DNA from: Alphaproteobacteria bacterium
Lineage (GTDB): Bacteria; Pseudomonadota; Alphaproteobacteria; Bin95
Reading direction: 5' to 3'
Assembly (NCBI GenBank): GCA_964291285.2
Contig: OZ219788.1
Span: 416,001-480,000 of the forward strand
DNA length: 64,000 nucleotides
The translations under genes and the position numbers were made by a program. The notes beneath the pieces are model-generated. The model saw nothing but the letters and a program-made list of their open reading frames with translations. It made no database searches and had not been told where the DNA came from. Position 1 is the stretch's first letter, and each line of letters opens with the position of its first letter. This document shows, one piece after another, positions 9,318 through 19,988 of the stretch.

Positions 9318-10418
9318 ATGGCGTCCGAAACACTGACCTTCCACAGCGTCGATGTGCGCGCTGTCGTTCTCAAGCTGAAGCGCCCCGTCATCGCCAGAAT
9401 CGCGACCATTACGGATTGGCCGCTCGTCCTGATCGATCTGAAGACCGAGGAAGGGATCGTCGGGCGCAGCTATCTGGAGCCCTACATCGTCAAGTCGATG
9501 AACTATCTCGTGCCGGCCCTGCGCGACATGGGGGCGATGCTCAAGGGTCAAAGGCTGGCGCCGGCCGAAATCTACGAAACCGCGCGGAAGTCGCTGCACT
9601 TTGTCGGCTACGAGGGCATGGCGATGATCGCCGTTTCCGGCATCGACATGGCAGCCTGGGACGCCCTGGCCAAAGCCGCCGGCATGCCGCTGTGCACACT
9701 GCTCGGCGCCTCTCCCGGTCCGGTACGCGCCTACAACAGCAACGGGCTGTGGCTGAAATCCGCGTCCGAAGTTGCCGCCGAGGCGATCGAGCTCCGCGAT
9801 GAAGGACAGTTCGAAGGCCTGAAATTGCGTCTCGGCCGGGACAACCCCAAGGACGACCTCGCCGCGATCGAGGCGGTTCGCCGGACGGTCGGCGAAGACA
9901 TGCACCTGATGATCGATTTCAACCAGGGTCTGGACATGGCGGAGGCATTGCGCCGGTGCCACATGCTCGACGATCTCGGCCTGACCTGGCTGGAAGAGCC
10001 GGTCGTCTACGACAATTTCGACGGATACGCCCAGCTCGCCCGGGAGCTCAGGACGCCCCTGCAGATCGGTGAGAACTTCTACGGACCGCACGATCTGCAC
10101 AGGGCATTGCAGGCCCGGGCCTGCGACTATGTGATGCCGGATTTCATGCGCATCGGCGGCGTCACCGGATGGATGCGCGCGGCAGCCATTGCCGGCGCGG
10201 CGGGTGTCCCGATGTCAACGCACCTCTATCCCGAGGTCGGCGCCCATGCGATGCGGGCGACCGAAACCGCGCATTGGCTGGAATGGCAGGACTGGGCCGA
10301 TCCGGTCCTGCAAAGTCCCTATGAGGTCAGGGACAGCCATGTGCACATTCCGGATGTCCCCGGGGTGGGCCTGGAGTGGAACGAAGATGTCGTCGCCGGA
10401 AACCTTTACGAAGCCTGA
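9318..10418 (+). CDS. Mandelate racemase / enolase superfamily enzyme
   Basis: SGIDMAAWDALAK, LKLRLG, MIDFNQ, WLEEP, IGEN, MPD, STH motifs. Confidence 0.9.
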   Translation: MASETLTFHSVDVRAVVLKLKRPVIARIATITDWPLVLIDLKTEEGIVGRSYLEPYIVKSMNYLVPALRDMGAMLKGQRLAPAEIYETARKSLHFVGYEGMAMIAVSGIDMAAWDALAKAAGMPLCTLLGASPGPVRAYNSNGLWLKSASEVAAEAIELRDEGQFEGLKLRLGRDNPKDDLAAIEAVRRTVGEDMHLMIDFNQGLDMAEALRRCHMLDDLGLTWLEEPVVYDNFDGYAQLARELRTPLQIGENFYGPHDLHRALQARACDYVMPDFMRIGGVTGWMRAAAIAGAAGVPMSTHLYPEVGAHAMRATETAHWLEWQDWADPVLQSPYEVRDSHVHIPDVPGVGLEWNEDVVAGNLYEA

Positions 10419-10465
10419 CCGCCCGACAGCGCCGCGCGGACCATGACCCTGGCGGGAAATGCGGG

Positions 10466-11281
10466 TTAACCCTCCAGGGTTCTTTCGAACTGCTCCCAGA
10501 CCTGCTCGGGCGCCTCGACGTGGCAGTTGTGGCCGAGGCCGGGCAGCAGCGCGGCCTGCGGATCGAGCGCCTGCATCTCGGCCAGCGACACCATCGGGTC
10601 GGCTTCGCCCGCGGCGAGCCGGACCGGCGCCGCGGCGGCCCGGTAGAAATCGCCGACCGCAGGCCCGACGGCGGCGTAGATGCCCTGGTCGGCCGCCAGC
10701 CGGAAGCCGCCCTCCGCCTCGACGATGCCGGCCAGAGCCTCCGGCGCGCCGGGGTCCACCAGGCCGGCGAGGCCCGAGACCCTGAGATAGCGCTCGGCCG
10801 CTTCCGCGCGGCTGGCGAAGACCCGCGCCGGCCTGGTGGCCAGCCCCTTCATCTGCGCGACCTCGTCCGCCGTCCAGCCGATCTTGACGCCGAAGGCGAA
10901 GACGTGGCGCACGCTGACGCCGAACCACCCGGTCGCCAGCGCCATTGCCACGACGCCGCCCATCGAATGGCCGAGCAGGACCGGTTCGCCGTCCGGGTTG
11001 CCGATCGCGCCCGCCACGTCGGCGGCGAAGACACCGTAGCCGTAGGGCGGCGCGTGGGCCGAGCGCCCGTGGCCGCGCAGATCGGCGGCGATCCAGCGCC
11101 CCGGCCAGCGCCGCTCCACGACCGGCAGCATCCGGTTCCACACCGCCGCATTGCCGCCGATGCCGTGCAGCATGACCAGCACCGGCTCCCCGCTGCCGCC
11201 GGCGTCGAAGCGGATATCGACGCCGCCGCCCGACAGCGGCGCCCTTTCGACCGACGATCTGGTGGAGCGGGTTCCGGCCAC
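10466..11281 (-). CDS. Alpha/beta hydrolase
   Basis: LHGIGG, DLRGHGRS, GHSMGG nucleophile elbow, GHNCH. Confidence 0.9.
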   Translation of the reverse strand: MAGTRSTRSSVERAPLSGGGVDIRFDAGGSGEPVLVMLHGIGGNAAVWNRMLPVVERRWPGRWIAADLRGHGRSAHAPPYGYGVFAADVAGAIGNPDGEPVLLGHSMGGVVAMALATGWFGVSVRHVFAFGVKIGWTADEVAQMKGLATRPARVFASRAEAAERYLRVSGLAGLVDPGAPEALAGIVEAEGGFRLAADQGIYAAVGPAVGDFYRAAAAPVRLAAGEADPMVSLAEMQALDPQAALLPGLGHNCHVEAPEQVWEQFERTLEG

Positions 11282-11447
11282 GAATTACTCCCTCCCAGGA
11301 CCGACCGGCATCCGTGCCGGGGCCCGTTTTCCGGGTCCGCATCCGAGTCTACAGCATCCCGGCCGGGAACGCCCCGTTGTCGGGCGATGCGCCCCGCCCC
11401 GGAGGCGGCCCGCAGGATCGACGGGCCGTCGCGCCGCCGCCAGCGGG

Positions 11448-12770
11448 CTAGAACGTCCTGAACACCACGCTCGGCAGCCACAGCGCCAGTCCCGGGAACC
11501 AGTACACCAGCGCCAGCACCACCAGTTCCAGGACAATGAACGGGATCACGCCGCGGTACATATCCGCCAGCTTGATCTCCGGCGGGCTGATGCCGCGCAG
11601 GTAGAAGATGGCAGGCGCCATCGGCGGCGTCAGGTAGCTGGTCTGGATGACGATCAGGAACATGATGCAGAACCAGACGTCGTCGACGCCCATCTTGCGC
11701 AGCACCGCGACCGCTACCGGGATGATGATCAGCACGATGGAAATCAGATCGAGCACGAAACCGGCGATGAAGGCGATGAACAGCAGAATGAAGATGGTCG
11801 CCGTCGGGGAGAGGTCCGCCGCCGCCAGCAGCCCCTCTACGGCGCTGATCCCGCCGAGCGCGACGAACACGCCGGCGAACATGGTCCCGCCGAGCAGAAT
11901 CGTCAGGATCATGGCCGTCACCTGGAGCGTCTTCATGAACGCTGCATGCAGGGTGGCGACGTCGAACCGGCCGTACACGACGGTCAGGATGACGGTGCCG
12001 ATGGCGCCCATCGCCGCCGCCTCGGTAGGCGTCGCCCAGCCGAGCATGATCGTGCCGAGTACGGCGAAGATGAGCACCAGCGGCGGCATCATGGCCGTCG
12101 CGGTGATGTAGATACGCTGGGCCATGGGCGGATCGTCGTCGCTCGGCGGCAGGCGCGGTCCGTCCCCGGGCTTCAGCATGCACCGCACCAGGATGTAGAG
12201 CACGTAGGACAGCGCGAGCAGCAGGCCCGGGAACAGCATGCCGACGAACAGGTCGCCCACCGAGACGTCGGCCACCGGACCGAGGATGACCACCACCACC
12301 GACGGCGGGATGATGGTGCCGAGCGAACCGCCCGCGCAGATGGTGCCGGAGATGAGGCCCTTGTCGTACGCGTAGCGCAGCATGATCGGAATGGCGAGCA
12401 GACCGACCACCGACTCGGTCGCCCCCACAACGCCGCTCGCCGCAGCGAAAACCACGCACAGCAGCACGGTGCCGACCGCCAGACCGCCCGGCAGCCGGCG
12501 GGTCCACAGGTGAATGGCCTCGAACAGGCGCTCGGCGATGCCGGAGCGCTCCAACATCACGCCCATGAAGACGAACAGCGGCACGGCGGCCAGTACATAG
12601 TACGAGGCGACGTCGTCCACCTTCGCCACGAGCTGATAGACGAGCGCGTCGCCGAAGCGGTAGTAGCCGAAGATGAGGGCGATTCCCATCAGCGACCACG
12701 CCACCGGGAATCCCATGAAGATGGCCACCATCAGGGCCGGGAACATCATGAGGCCTATGCCGAGGGTCAT
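11448..12770 (-). CDS. dctM: TRAP transporter large permease
   Basis: LAAVPLFVFMG, GGSLGTIIPPS, ATPTEAAAMG, SYLTPP; start MTLGIGL overlapping dctQ stop. Confidence 0.93.
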   Translation of the reverse strand: MTLGIGLMMFPALMVAIFMGFPVAWSLMGIALIFGYYRFGDALVYQLVAKVDDVASYYVLAAVPLFVFMGVMLERSGIAERLFEAIHLWTRRLPGGLAVGTVLLCVVFAAASGVVGATESVVGLLAIPIMLRYAYDKGLISGTICAGGSLGTIIPPSVVVVILGPVADVSVGDLFVGMLFPGLLLALSYVLYILVRCMLKPGDGPRLPPSDDDPPMAQRIYITATAMMPPLVLIFAVLGTIMLGWATPTEAAAMGAIGTVILTVVYGRFDVATLHAAFMKTLQVTAMILTILLGGTMFAGVFVALGGISAVEGLLAAADLSPTATIFILLFIAFIAGFVLDLISIVLIIIPVAVAVLRKMGVDDVWFCIMFLIVIQTSYLTPPMAPAIFYLRGISPPEIKLADMYRGVIPFIVLELVVLALVYWFPGLALWLPSVVFRTF

Positions 12771-13303
12771 AGCTCGACTCCATGCGGTTCGAAGCCTTCC
12801 TCCTCGGCGAGGCCGAGCAGCACGCGCGCCGACCTGACGAGCTCGGCGAACGCCTGCAGGCACAGCACCGCGAAGGCGATGACCCAGACCGTCCTGAACG
12901 GCCAGATCACCGGATTCCAGGCGGATTCGCCGGAAACCTCGCCGCTTTCGAATGCCTCGTAGGCGTATTCGCCGAGTCCGAAGGTGACCCAGACCGCTCC
13001 CGGCAACATCAGGAACACGAAGCCGAGGACGTCCACTGCCGCCCGGCCCTTCGGACCGATATTGTCGTAGATGAAGTCGACGCGGATGTGGCCACGCTCC
13101 TTCATGCAGTACGCCATGCCGCACAGGTAGCAGGTGCCTGCAAGCATGTAGCCCACCTCGTAGGCCCAGAAGGTCGGCGCGTCGAACAGGTGACGCGCCA
13201 GAACCTCGTAGACCATGGACAGGATGAGCGGCGCCATGACCCAGGCGCCGACCACGCCAAGGGACTGGGAGAGGCGCTCTATTCCTCTGATGAGGGCAAC
13301 CAT
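12767..13303 (-). CDS. dctQ: TRAP transporter small permease
   Basis: Four TM segments, YEVLARH, GHIRVD. Confidence 0.92.
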   Translation of the reverse strand: MVALIRGIERLSQSLGVVGAWVMAPLILSMVYEVLARHLFDAPTFWAYEVGYMLAGTCYLCGMAYCMKERGHIRVDFIYDNIGPKGRAAVDVLGFVFLMLPGAVWVTFGLGEYAYEAFESGEVSGESAWNPVIWPFRTVWVIAFAVLCLQAFAELVRSARVLLGLAEEEGFEPHGVEL

Positions 13304-13339
13304 ACCGTGTCATTCCTCATCGCTGAGGCGAGCGCGGGA

Positions 13340-13360
13340 CCCCGGCCGCGGCGGCCGGGG
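13340..13360. repeat. GC-rich palindrome between dctP and dctQ (probable intercistronic stem-loop)
   Basis: CCCCGGCCGC-G-GCGGCCGGGG. Confidence 0.5.
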
Positions 13361-13408
13361 ATACCGCGGGAGTCGGGCGGGCCGCGCGGCCCGCCCGCTC
13401 GGCCGCCA

Positions 13409-14440
13409 CTAGCGGTAGCGGTGCGCCTCGGACCACGTCGCGGCGTAGTCCTGCTGGCTCTTCCAGACGCGCGCGAACCACTCGTTTTCGCCGGCCTGCT
13501 TGGCGGCCCACTCGTCCGTAGCGGTCCTGGCCTTGGCGATGAAGTCCGCATCGAGGTCCACGACCTCGTTGCCCCCCTTCAGGAAGTTCTGGAAGGCCGG
13601 CGCGTCCTGGTGGCCGATTTCCATCCAGAAGTTGAACGTCATGCGCTCACCCGCACGGCGGAGCAGCATCTTGTTGCGGTCGGAGAGCTTTTCCCAGACG
13701 GCCTTGTTGATCTGGCACTCGTGGAACGCGGTCGGCTGATGGATGCCGGGCACGACGATGTATTTGGCGATCTTCTCGTAGCCGGCCGACTCGTTCATCC
13801 ACGGCGTGCCCCACTCGATGCCGTCCACCACCTTGCGCTCAAGCGCCGGGTAGACCTCGGCGCCGGGCAGGATGACCGTGGATGCGCCGAGCGTTTGCGC
13901 GATCTCGGCCCAGGCGCCGGAAGTGCGCACCTTCATGCCCTCATAGTCCGCCAGCGAGGACACGCGCTTGTGGCTGTGCATGAACACCTCGGGAGGCGCA
14001 GAACCGCAGGGAATGGAGGCGATGTCGAACTTGGCCATGCGCCATTCCATCAGCAGGTCGGCGCCGCCGCCGCGGAACATCCAGTGGATCATCTTCTCGT
14101 GTTCCATGGTGCCGGCGAAGCCACCGAACAGCACGCCGGTCCGGTCGACACCCCAGTCGTAGCCGGCCCAGTTATGGCTGATCTCGGCGACACCCTTGCG
14201 CACGGTGTCGGTCACTTTGAGCGCCTTCCCGAGCGTGCCGCCCGGGAATACCTCGACCTTGATCTCACCGTTGGTGAGGAACTCGATCTCCTGGGCGATG
14301 CCCTTGGCGGTGTATTCGAGCAGCGGCCCGCCGCCCCACGGCGTGGCCATGCTCCACTGCTCTGCGCTCGCCGGCACGCCGGACACGCCGAGCCCGGCGA
14401 ACAGCGTTACAGCCGCGGCGATTGTCGATTTGGTTCTCAT
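13409..14440 (-). CDS. dctP: TRAP transporter substrate-binding protein
   Basis: Signal peptide MRTKSTIAAAV...ASA, IKVEVFPGG, GMKVRTSG, EVYPALERKVVDG. Confidence 0.92.
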   Translation of the reverse strand: MRTKSTIAAAVTLFAGLGVSGVPASAEQWSMATPWGGGPLLEYTAKGIAQEIEFLTNGEIKVEVFPGGTLGKALKVTDTVRKGVAEISHNWAGYDWGVDRTGVLFGGFAGTMEHEKMIHWMFRGGGADLLMEWRMAKFDIASIPCGSAPPEVFMHSHKRVSSLADYEGMKVRTSGAWAEIAQTLGASTVILPGAEVYPALERKVVDGIEWGTPWMNESAGYEKIAKYIVVPGIHQPTAFHECQINKAVWEKLSDRNKMLLRRAGERMTFNFWMEIGHQDAPAFQNFLKGGNEVVDLDADFIAKARTATDEWAAKQAGENEWFARVWKSQQDYAATWSEAHRYR

Positions 14441-14634
14441 TCCGGTTTCCCCACTTGGTGTCGGTACCGCGCGCGTGAGTCTCGCGCCAGATGCACGAAG
14501 GCGGCGAGTTTGAATTCCCCGCATCGCCGCGTCAGTAAGGCTCAAACCGCCGCGTGTCGTCAAGTCGCGGCGGAATCGTGGACACCCTCGGGGGCAAGGC
14601 GTCCGCGCACCCGCCTGAAGCGCTCCGGTCCGGC

Positions 14635-15861
14635 TTAAGGCGCCACGCCGACGATGGAGTCCGGCGAGCGGTAGCCTGCGGTGATGTGCCTCTCGATCCA
14701 GGACGAGTCATCGTCGCGGGGCAGGACGGGGGCGGGCGCGCCCTTGCAGCTCAGCCGGTAGAGCAGCCGCGCATCCTCCGCCCTGTCGATCCCGATCTTG
14801 ATCGGCGGCGAGTTGTGCAGGGACATGTAGTTGTTCCAGATGGTGACGTCACCCGGCGCGTGCAGGTGGTCGTAGCGGAACTGCGGCTGCAGGACGTGTT
14901 TCTCGAGGCCGTCCAGAAACGCGCGTGAGGCCTCCGGCGTCATGCCGTCGACCTCGATCGGGGGGCGGACTCCCGGCCGCGAGGCCCAGACCGGGCTGTG
15001 CAGCGACCTGACGCCGGACCGCGGGTCCGTGCGCACGAGTTCCGTCAGCCAGCCTTCGTCGCCCGCGTTCAGGCGGCGGCGGACCCGGAGCGCTTCGAGC
15101 CGTGCCCGGTCTTCCGGCGGCAGGGCGGCAAACGCGGCCGCGGTGTCCGCAAAGGCGGTCTCGCCGTTCAGCGGCAGGCGCTTGCGGAGCGCCATGAGCT
15201 CGTCGTCGGAACCGGGGTGGTAGGGGGCCGGGCCCGTGTCGGCCGGCGCCTCGACCCATTGCCCGTTGGAGGCCTCGCGCGCCACCGGCACGTGGTGGAC
15301 GAGGAACATCGACACATAGATGGGCAGCGGCTCATATTCGATGTCGGTGTGCCAGGAACCGCCGTCCTTCAGCGTGGGCGCGTTGCTCTCGCCATTGCCG
15401 AGCAGGTTCGTCGCAACCAGCACCGCCGGCGACTCATGCGGCAGGCATTCGACCTGTCCGGGCAGCGTGGCGTCGGCGGCGGCGGCCTTCCGGTCCGCAT
15501 AAGGCAGGTAGGTGATGGCGCCGTCGCTGGCGCCGTCCTGTTGCGCCGGCTTGCCGCCGCGCAGGAAGTTCGAGGGATGCGCGACCGGCGCGCCCCAGTG
15601 GTTGGCGAAGCGCTCGAACGCCGCGAGCGAAAACCGGTCGAGGTCCTGTCCGGCAAGCGTCATCAACCGGCAGTGGCTGAGCGTGTCCAGCAGGAGTTCC
15701 ACCTGCGCCGGGCACAGCGGGAGGCCGAGGTCGATGCCGGACACGCGCACGCCCATGCCGCTGGCGGCCAGCGGGCGTTCGACCGCGACCTGCCTGCCGA
15801 ACGCAGCCGCGAACCGGTCCTCCAGGTCGTCCGGCGCGGTATTCAACGAGAACTGCTGCAT
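14635..15861 (-). CDS. TauD/TfdA Fe(II)/2-oxoglutarate dioxygenase with insertions
   Basis: GVRVSGIDL, WHTD, GETAFADT, GDVTIWNN...LH, RLLYR; start MQQFSL after GGAGAGG. Confidence 0.85.
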   Translation of the reverse strand: MQQFSLNTAPDDLEDRFAAAFGRQVAVERPLAASGMGVRVSGIDLGLPLCPAQVELLLDTLSHCRLMTLAGQDLDRFSLAAFERFANHWGAPVAHPSNFLRGGKPAQQDGASDGAITYLPYADRKAAAADATLPGQVECLPHESPAVLVATNLLGNGESNAPTLKDGGSWHTDIEYEPLPIYVSMFLVHHVPVAREASNGQWVEAPADTGPAPYHPGSDDELMALRKRLPLNGETAFADTAAAFAALPPEDRARLEALRVRRRLNAGDEGWLTELVRTDPRSGVRSLHSPVWASRPGVRPPIEVDGMTPEASRAFLDGLEKHVLQPQFRYDHLHAPGDVTIWNNYMSLHNSPPIKIGIDRAEDARLLYRLSCKGAPAPVLPRDDDSSWIERHITAGYRSPDSIVGVAP

Positions 15862-15957
15862 GTCGGTCCCTCTCCGGTTCGGAAGACGCCGGTCCAACGG
15901 CGCTGCGTTTGTCCTACTATGCGCCATATAAGCACATAAGGCCGGAGGCGCACCGTC

Positions 15958-16590
15958 ATGCTGAAAATCCACCACTCCCCGCAGACCCGCGGCTTTCGGG
16001 TCATCTGGGTATGCGAGGAGCTGTCCGTGCCCTACGAGATCGTGCCGGTGGACTTCGCCGCCGAGTACCGCTCCACGCCGGAATGGCGGGCGCTCAACCC
16101 GGTCGGCAAGGTGCCGGTCATGGCCGACGGCGATATGGTCATGTTCGAGTCCTGCGCCATGCTGCAATACGTCCTGGACCGCTACGGCAACGGCCGGCTG
16201 CAGCCGGCCAGGGACGATCCCGGCTACGCCCATTACCTGCAATGGAGCTGGTTCGCCGAGGCGACCTTCGCCCGGCCGCTGGGCGAGATCGTCAACCACC
16301 GGCGCGAGTTCGACCCGGAGCTCGACGCGGTGGTGGCGGAGATGAAGGGCCGGGCAACGGCCTGTGTCGCGGCGCTCGACGCGGCGGTGTCCGGACGGCC
16401 CTATCTGCTGGGCGAGGCGCTGAGCGCCGTGGATCTGAGCATCTGCTACACCATGCGCGGATACCGCCGCATGGTCAGCGAAACGCTGCCCGCAGCGGTG
16501 CAGGCCTATTTCGACAGGGTGACGGCGCTGCCCTCCTACGCGGCAGCGGAGAAGGCGGATGCGGAAACGGCCGAGCGGCTGAAGGGCTGA
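15958..16590 (+). CDS. Glutathione S-transferase
   Basis: NPVGKVPV, FESCAMLQY, YLLGEALSAVD; GGAGG RBS. Confidence 0.92.
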   Translation: MLKIHHSPQTRGFRVIWVCEELSVPYEIVPVDFAAEYRSTPEWRALNPVGKVPVMADGDMVMFESCAMLQYVLDRYGNGRLQPARDDPGYAHYLQWSWFAEATFARPLGEIVNHRREFDPELDAVVAEMKGRATACVAALDAAVSGRPYLLGEALSAVDLSICYTMRGYRRMVSETLPAAVQAYFDRVTALPSYAAAEKADAETAERLKG

Positions 16591-16593
16591 CCG

Positions 16594-17343
16594 CTACGGC
16601 GCGGCGCCGTGCTTGCGGATGAACCGGCGCACACGCTCGACCGTGCGTTCCTTCAGCTCGGGCGGGGACGTCCACGGGAAGACCGTGATCTCGGCGTTCG
16701 GGGCCAGCGAGGCGACGTCCACCGAGGTCTGGTGCGGGTGGGCCGGCGTGTCGTCCGGCAGCACGAGGACCGGCGTCGGGCAGTTGCGGATCACGTCGCG
16801 CGACACGCTGTAGAGGAAGTCGGGGTTCGTCCGGTAGAGATTGTGCAGATAGCTGTCGATTGCGTCCTGCGTCAGGTCGGGGCGCTCCGCGAGCAGTCCG
16901 GGCGCCCACCCGTCCCGGCCGGACCGGTACATGACATCGGGGTCTTCCGGACGGTGTCCCACCGTCTGGCAGAATACCGCGGCGGCGACACGCCCGGGCG
17001 CCCGGTCGAGAAGCGTTCCGGCGAAGCAGCCGCCGATGCAGTAGCCCATGAAGACGAATTCGCCGATGCCCAGATGGTCCATCAACCCGAGCTGGTCGTC
17101 GGCGAAGCCGCCCCACGGATCGTCCACGGCGAGCGGCCCCGTGCTCTCGCCGCCATTGGCGTTGCGCTGGTCCATCGTGATGCAGCGGAAGTCGTCCTTG
17201 AAGACCTCCATCGCGTTGATGACGGCGCTCGGCCAGTTGCTCATACGGGAGTTGAGGCCGCCGCCCGGAGTGACCAGAAGCGGAAAACCGCTGCCGACCT
17301 CATCGTAGTGGATGCGGACGTCGCCCCTCTCGTAAAACGGCAT
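16594..17343 (-). CDS. Alpha/beta hydrolase with Cys nucleophile elbow
   Basis: MPFYERGDVRIHY, MDQRNANGGES, GYCIGG. Confidence 0.85.
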   Translation of the reverse strand: MPFYERGDVRIHYDEVGSGFPLLVTPGGGLNSRMSNWPSAVINAMEVFKDDFRCITMDQRNANGGESTGPLAVDDPWGGFADDQLGLMDHLGIGEFVFMGYCIGGCFAGTLLDRAPGRVAAAVFCQTVGHRPEDPDVMYRSGRDGWAPGLLAERPDLTQDAIDSYLHNLYRTNPDFLYSVSRDVIRNCPTPVLVLPDDTPAHPHQTSVDVASLAPNAEITVFPWTSPPELKERTVERVRRFIRKHGAAP

Positions 17344-17506
17344 GGCTGTCTCCTCCCTGCAGTGGACTTGCCCCCGGCGTTGCCGGGGATTTGTCGCACG
17401 GCCCGGCCCGCCGGGAAAGCCGCACGGCCGGCGCGGGCGCGCTTGCGGCTCCGGGGCGCGCGCATATGCTCGGCCGGACACCGGACAGGCAGGAGCCCGC
17501 AACCCG

Positions 17507-18625
17507 ATGACCATGCCCGACACCGAAGACCTGCTCGGCGGCATCAACCGCTGGGCCGCCATCGAGAGCAAGACGGACGACCGCGCCGGCATCGCCCGGA
17601 TGATGGCGACGGCCGAGGCGGATTTCCGCGCGGCCGGGCTGGTCACGCAGACGATTCCGGGCCGCGGCGGCTTCGGAGACCATCTGGCGGCGCGCTCGCC
17701 CTGGGGCGGCGACGGGGAGGGCATTCTGGTGCTCTGCCATCTCGACACGGTGCACCCGGCCGGAACGCTGGCCGCCAACCCGCTGCGCACCGAGGGCGAC
17801 AGGGCCTACGGCCCCGGCATCTACGACATGAAGGGCGGCGTCTGGATCGCCCTGTCGGCGATCCGCTCCATTGCCGACGCGGGGGAGAAGACGCCGCTGC
17901 CGGTCCGCTTCCTGGTGGTGTCCGAGGAGGAGGTCGGCTCTCCCACTTCGCAATCCCATATCGTCGCGGCGGCGGAGCGGGCGAAATATGTGCTGGTGAC
18001 GGAGCCCGCGCGCGATGGCGGATGCTGCGTGACTGGCCGGAAGGGGGCGGCGCGGATGAAGATCGTGGCGCGCGGAAAGCCGGCGCATTCCGGCGTGTCA
18101 CACCGGGACGGCGAAAGCGCGGTGCTGGAGATGGCCCGGCAGATCGTCGATCTGGAGGCGATGACGGACTACGAAACCGGCGTGACCGTCAATGTCGGGC
18201 TGCTCTCCGGCGGCACGGGCGTCAATGTCGTGCCGGAATACTGCACGGCGGAGCTGGATATCCGCATGACCCGGCCGGAGGACGGCGTGGCCGCGGTGGC
18301 GAGGGTGCAGGGGATCAGGCCCTACAACCCCGCGGTCGAACTGACCGTCAGCGGGGGGATGAACCGGCCGCCTTACCGGAAATCGAACGCCATCGCCTCG
18401 CTCTACGAACACGCCCGCGGGCTGGCCTCCGAGATCGGCTTCGAGCTGGGCGAGACCTTCACCGGCGGCGGCAGCGACGGCAATTTCACCGCGCCGATTG
18501 CACCGACCCTGGACGGGCTGGGCGTCGACGGGGCCGGCGCGCACACGCTGGAGGAGCATCTCTACATCTCCTCGCTGGTTCCCCGCATGATGCTGCTGCG
18601 ACGGCTCTTCCAGGCATTGAATTAG
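17507..18625 (+). CDS. M20 metallopeptidase (glutamate carboxypeptidase-like)
   Basis: CHLDTV, GPGIYDMKGG, SEEEVGS, GKPAHSG, GGGSDGNF, GAHTLEE. Confidence 0.92.
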   Translation: MTMPDTEDLLGGINRWAAIESKTDDRAGIARMMATAEADFRAAGLVTQTIPGRGGFGDHLAARSPWGGDGEGILVLCHLDTVHPAGTLAANPLRTEGDRAYGPGIYDMKGGVWIALSAIRSIADAGEKTPLPVRFLVVSEEEVGSPTSQSHIVAAAERAKYVLVTEPARDGGCCVTGRKGAARMKIVARGKPAHSGVSHRDGESAVLEMARQIVDLEAMTDYETGVTVNVGLLSGGTGVNVVPEYCTAELDIRMTRPEDGVAAVARVQGIRPYNPAVELTVSGGMNRPPYRKSNAIASLYEHARGLASEIGFELGETFTGGGSDGNFTAPIAPTLDGLGVDGAGAHTLEEHLYISSLVPRMMLLRRLFQALN

Positions 18626-18628
18626 GGG

Positions 18629-19945
18629 TCAGGCCGCGATGGCCCGGGCCTCCTGTTGGAAGCGGCGGTTCACGGCGCTGCCGGGCCTGAGCGCCAGCCG
18701 TTCGTTGGCGAGCGCCAGCGCGACGTTGCGCCGGCCCGCGCGGACGGCCGCCTCGGCGAGCGTCCACATCACCAGATCGCGCTGCGCAATGCTGCCGCCC
18801 ATGCGCCAGAGATGGGCTTCGGCCGCGAGCAGGCCGTCAACGGCACCGGCATAGTCGCCATCGGTGAAACACGCCATCGCCTCGGCGGCGGGGATCGAGA
18901 TGTCCCGGTAGGCGGTCGCGATCTCGCTGTTCGCGGCGGCCGTCCGTTTCATGCCACCCAGCACCGTCTCGTAGGCGGCCCTGTCGCCCGCGCGCAGCGC
19001 CGTCATTGCGGCATGGACCTCGTTGAACGGGCTCGTCATGCCGGGGAGCAGCCCCTGCCAGAGCGGCAGCAGCCGGCTCCAGCGTTCGCCCGCCTCGCAA
19101 CCGAGCGTTTCCAGCCGCCAGAGCAGCGACGCGGCGTTGCAGAGCTGCGTCCCGGCCACGCGCATCGCGGGCAGGATTTCCCCGTCATGGAGTGCGAGCG
19201 CCTCCTCGAACTCGCCGAGCTCGATGTGGAACAGCGCCTTGTGCCACCAGATATGGACCCGGTTGTTGCATTTCGGACCGGACCAGTAGGGCAGGCGGCC
19301 GTCCATCCAGGCGACGCCCTCGTCCGGCCGGCCGGTCATCTCCAGCACGTGGGAGACGGTGTGATGCGGCCAGTAGCCGTAGGGCTCGAGCTCCGCCGCG
19401 GCGCGGGCGGCGTCCTCCGCGCGGGCGAAGTCCCCGAGCTCCTCCAGGCCGAACCCGTAGAAGGACAGCATGATGCCGTAGCCGGGCTCGTCCTTCGACC
19501 AGAACGGCAGGGCGCGGGCGGCGCGGGCGGCCTCGCGATGGAAGCGGCCGAGATAGCCGTCAAGGCGAAGGGCACATTGATGGCCCGCCAGATCGTGCGG
19601 ATCCTCCATCAAATGGCGGTCGAGCACGGCGACGGCCGATGGCCACCGGCCGTTCGCAGCGAAGCGAGCTGCCGCCAGATGCTGCGCCTCGCGCTCCGTC
19701 AGCCCGGCCCCGGCGACGCCGGAGAGCAGTTCCCGCGCACGCGACAGCTGGGCTCCGTCCTTGGTCAGCGCCAGGAGCCAGCCTTCCAGGATATCCGCCA
19801 TCGCGCAGCCGGGGTCGGCTTCGCGCGCCTCGGCCAGATGCCCGTTGGCGTCGCCGAAATTGAGCGTGAACGCGCGTATGGCTTCGTCGATATGCCCTGC
19901 GGCTTCGGCGTTCGCGCTCACGCCGGCATGTCCTGTGTTCTTCAT
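18629..19945 (-). CDS. TTC38-like tetratricopeptide repeat protein
   Basis: GFGLEELG, HHTVSHVLEM, HIWWHKALF, ASLLWRL, GGSIAQRD. Confidence 0.85.
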   Translation of the reverse strand: MKNTGHAGVSANAEAAGHIDEAIRAFTLNFGDANGHLAEAREADPGCAMADILEGWLLALTKDGAQLSRARELLSGVAGAGLTEREAQHLAAARFAANGRWPSAVAVLDRHLMEDPHDLAGHQCALRLDGYLGRFHREAARAARALPFWSKDEPGYGIMLSFYGFGLEELGDFARAEDAARAAAELEPYGYWPHHTVSHVLEMTGRPDEGVAWMDGRLPYWSGPKCNNRVHIWWHKALFHIELGEFEEALALHDGEILPAMRVAGTQLCNAASLLWRLETLGCEAGERWSRLLPLWQGLLPGMTSPFNEVHAAMTALRAGDRAAYETVLGGMKRTAAANSEIATAYRDISIPAAEAMACFTDGDYAGAVDGLLAAEAHLWRMGGSIAQRDLVMWTLAEAAVRAGRRNVALALANERLALRPGSAVNRRFQQEARAIAA

Positions 19946-19988
19946 TGGAAAACCTCCCGAAGCGGCCCCCTTGCCCGATCGTCCGGCG

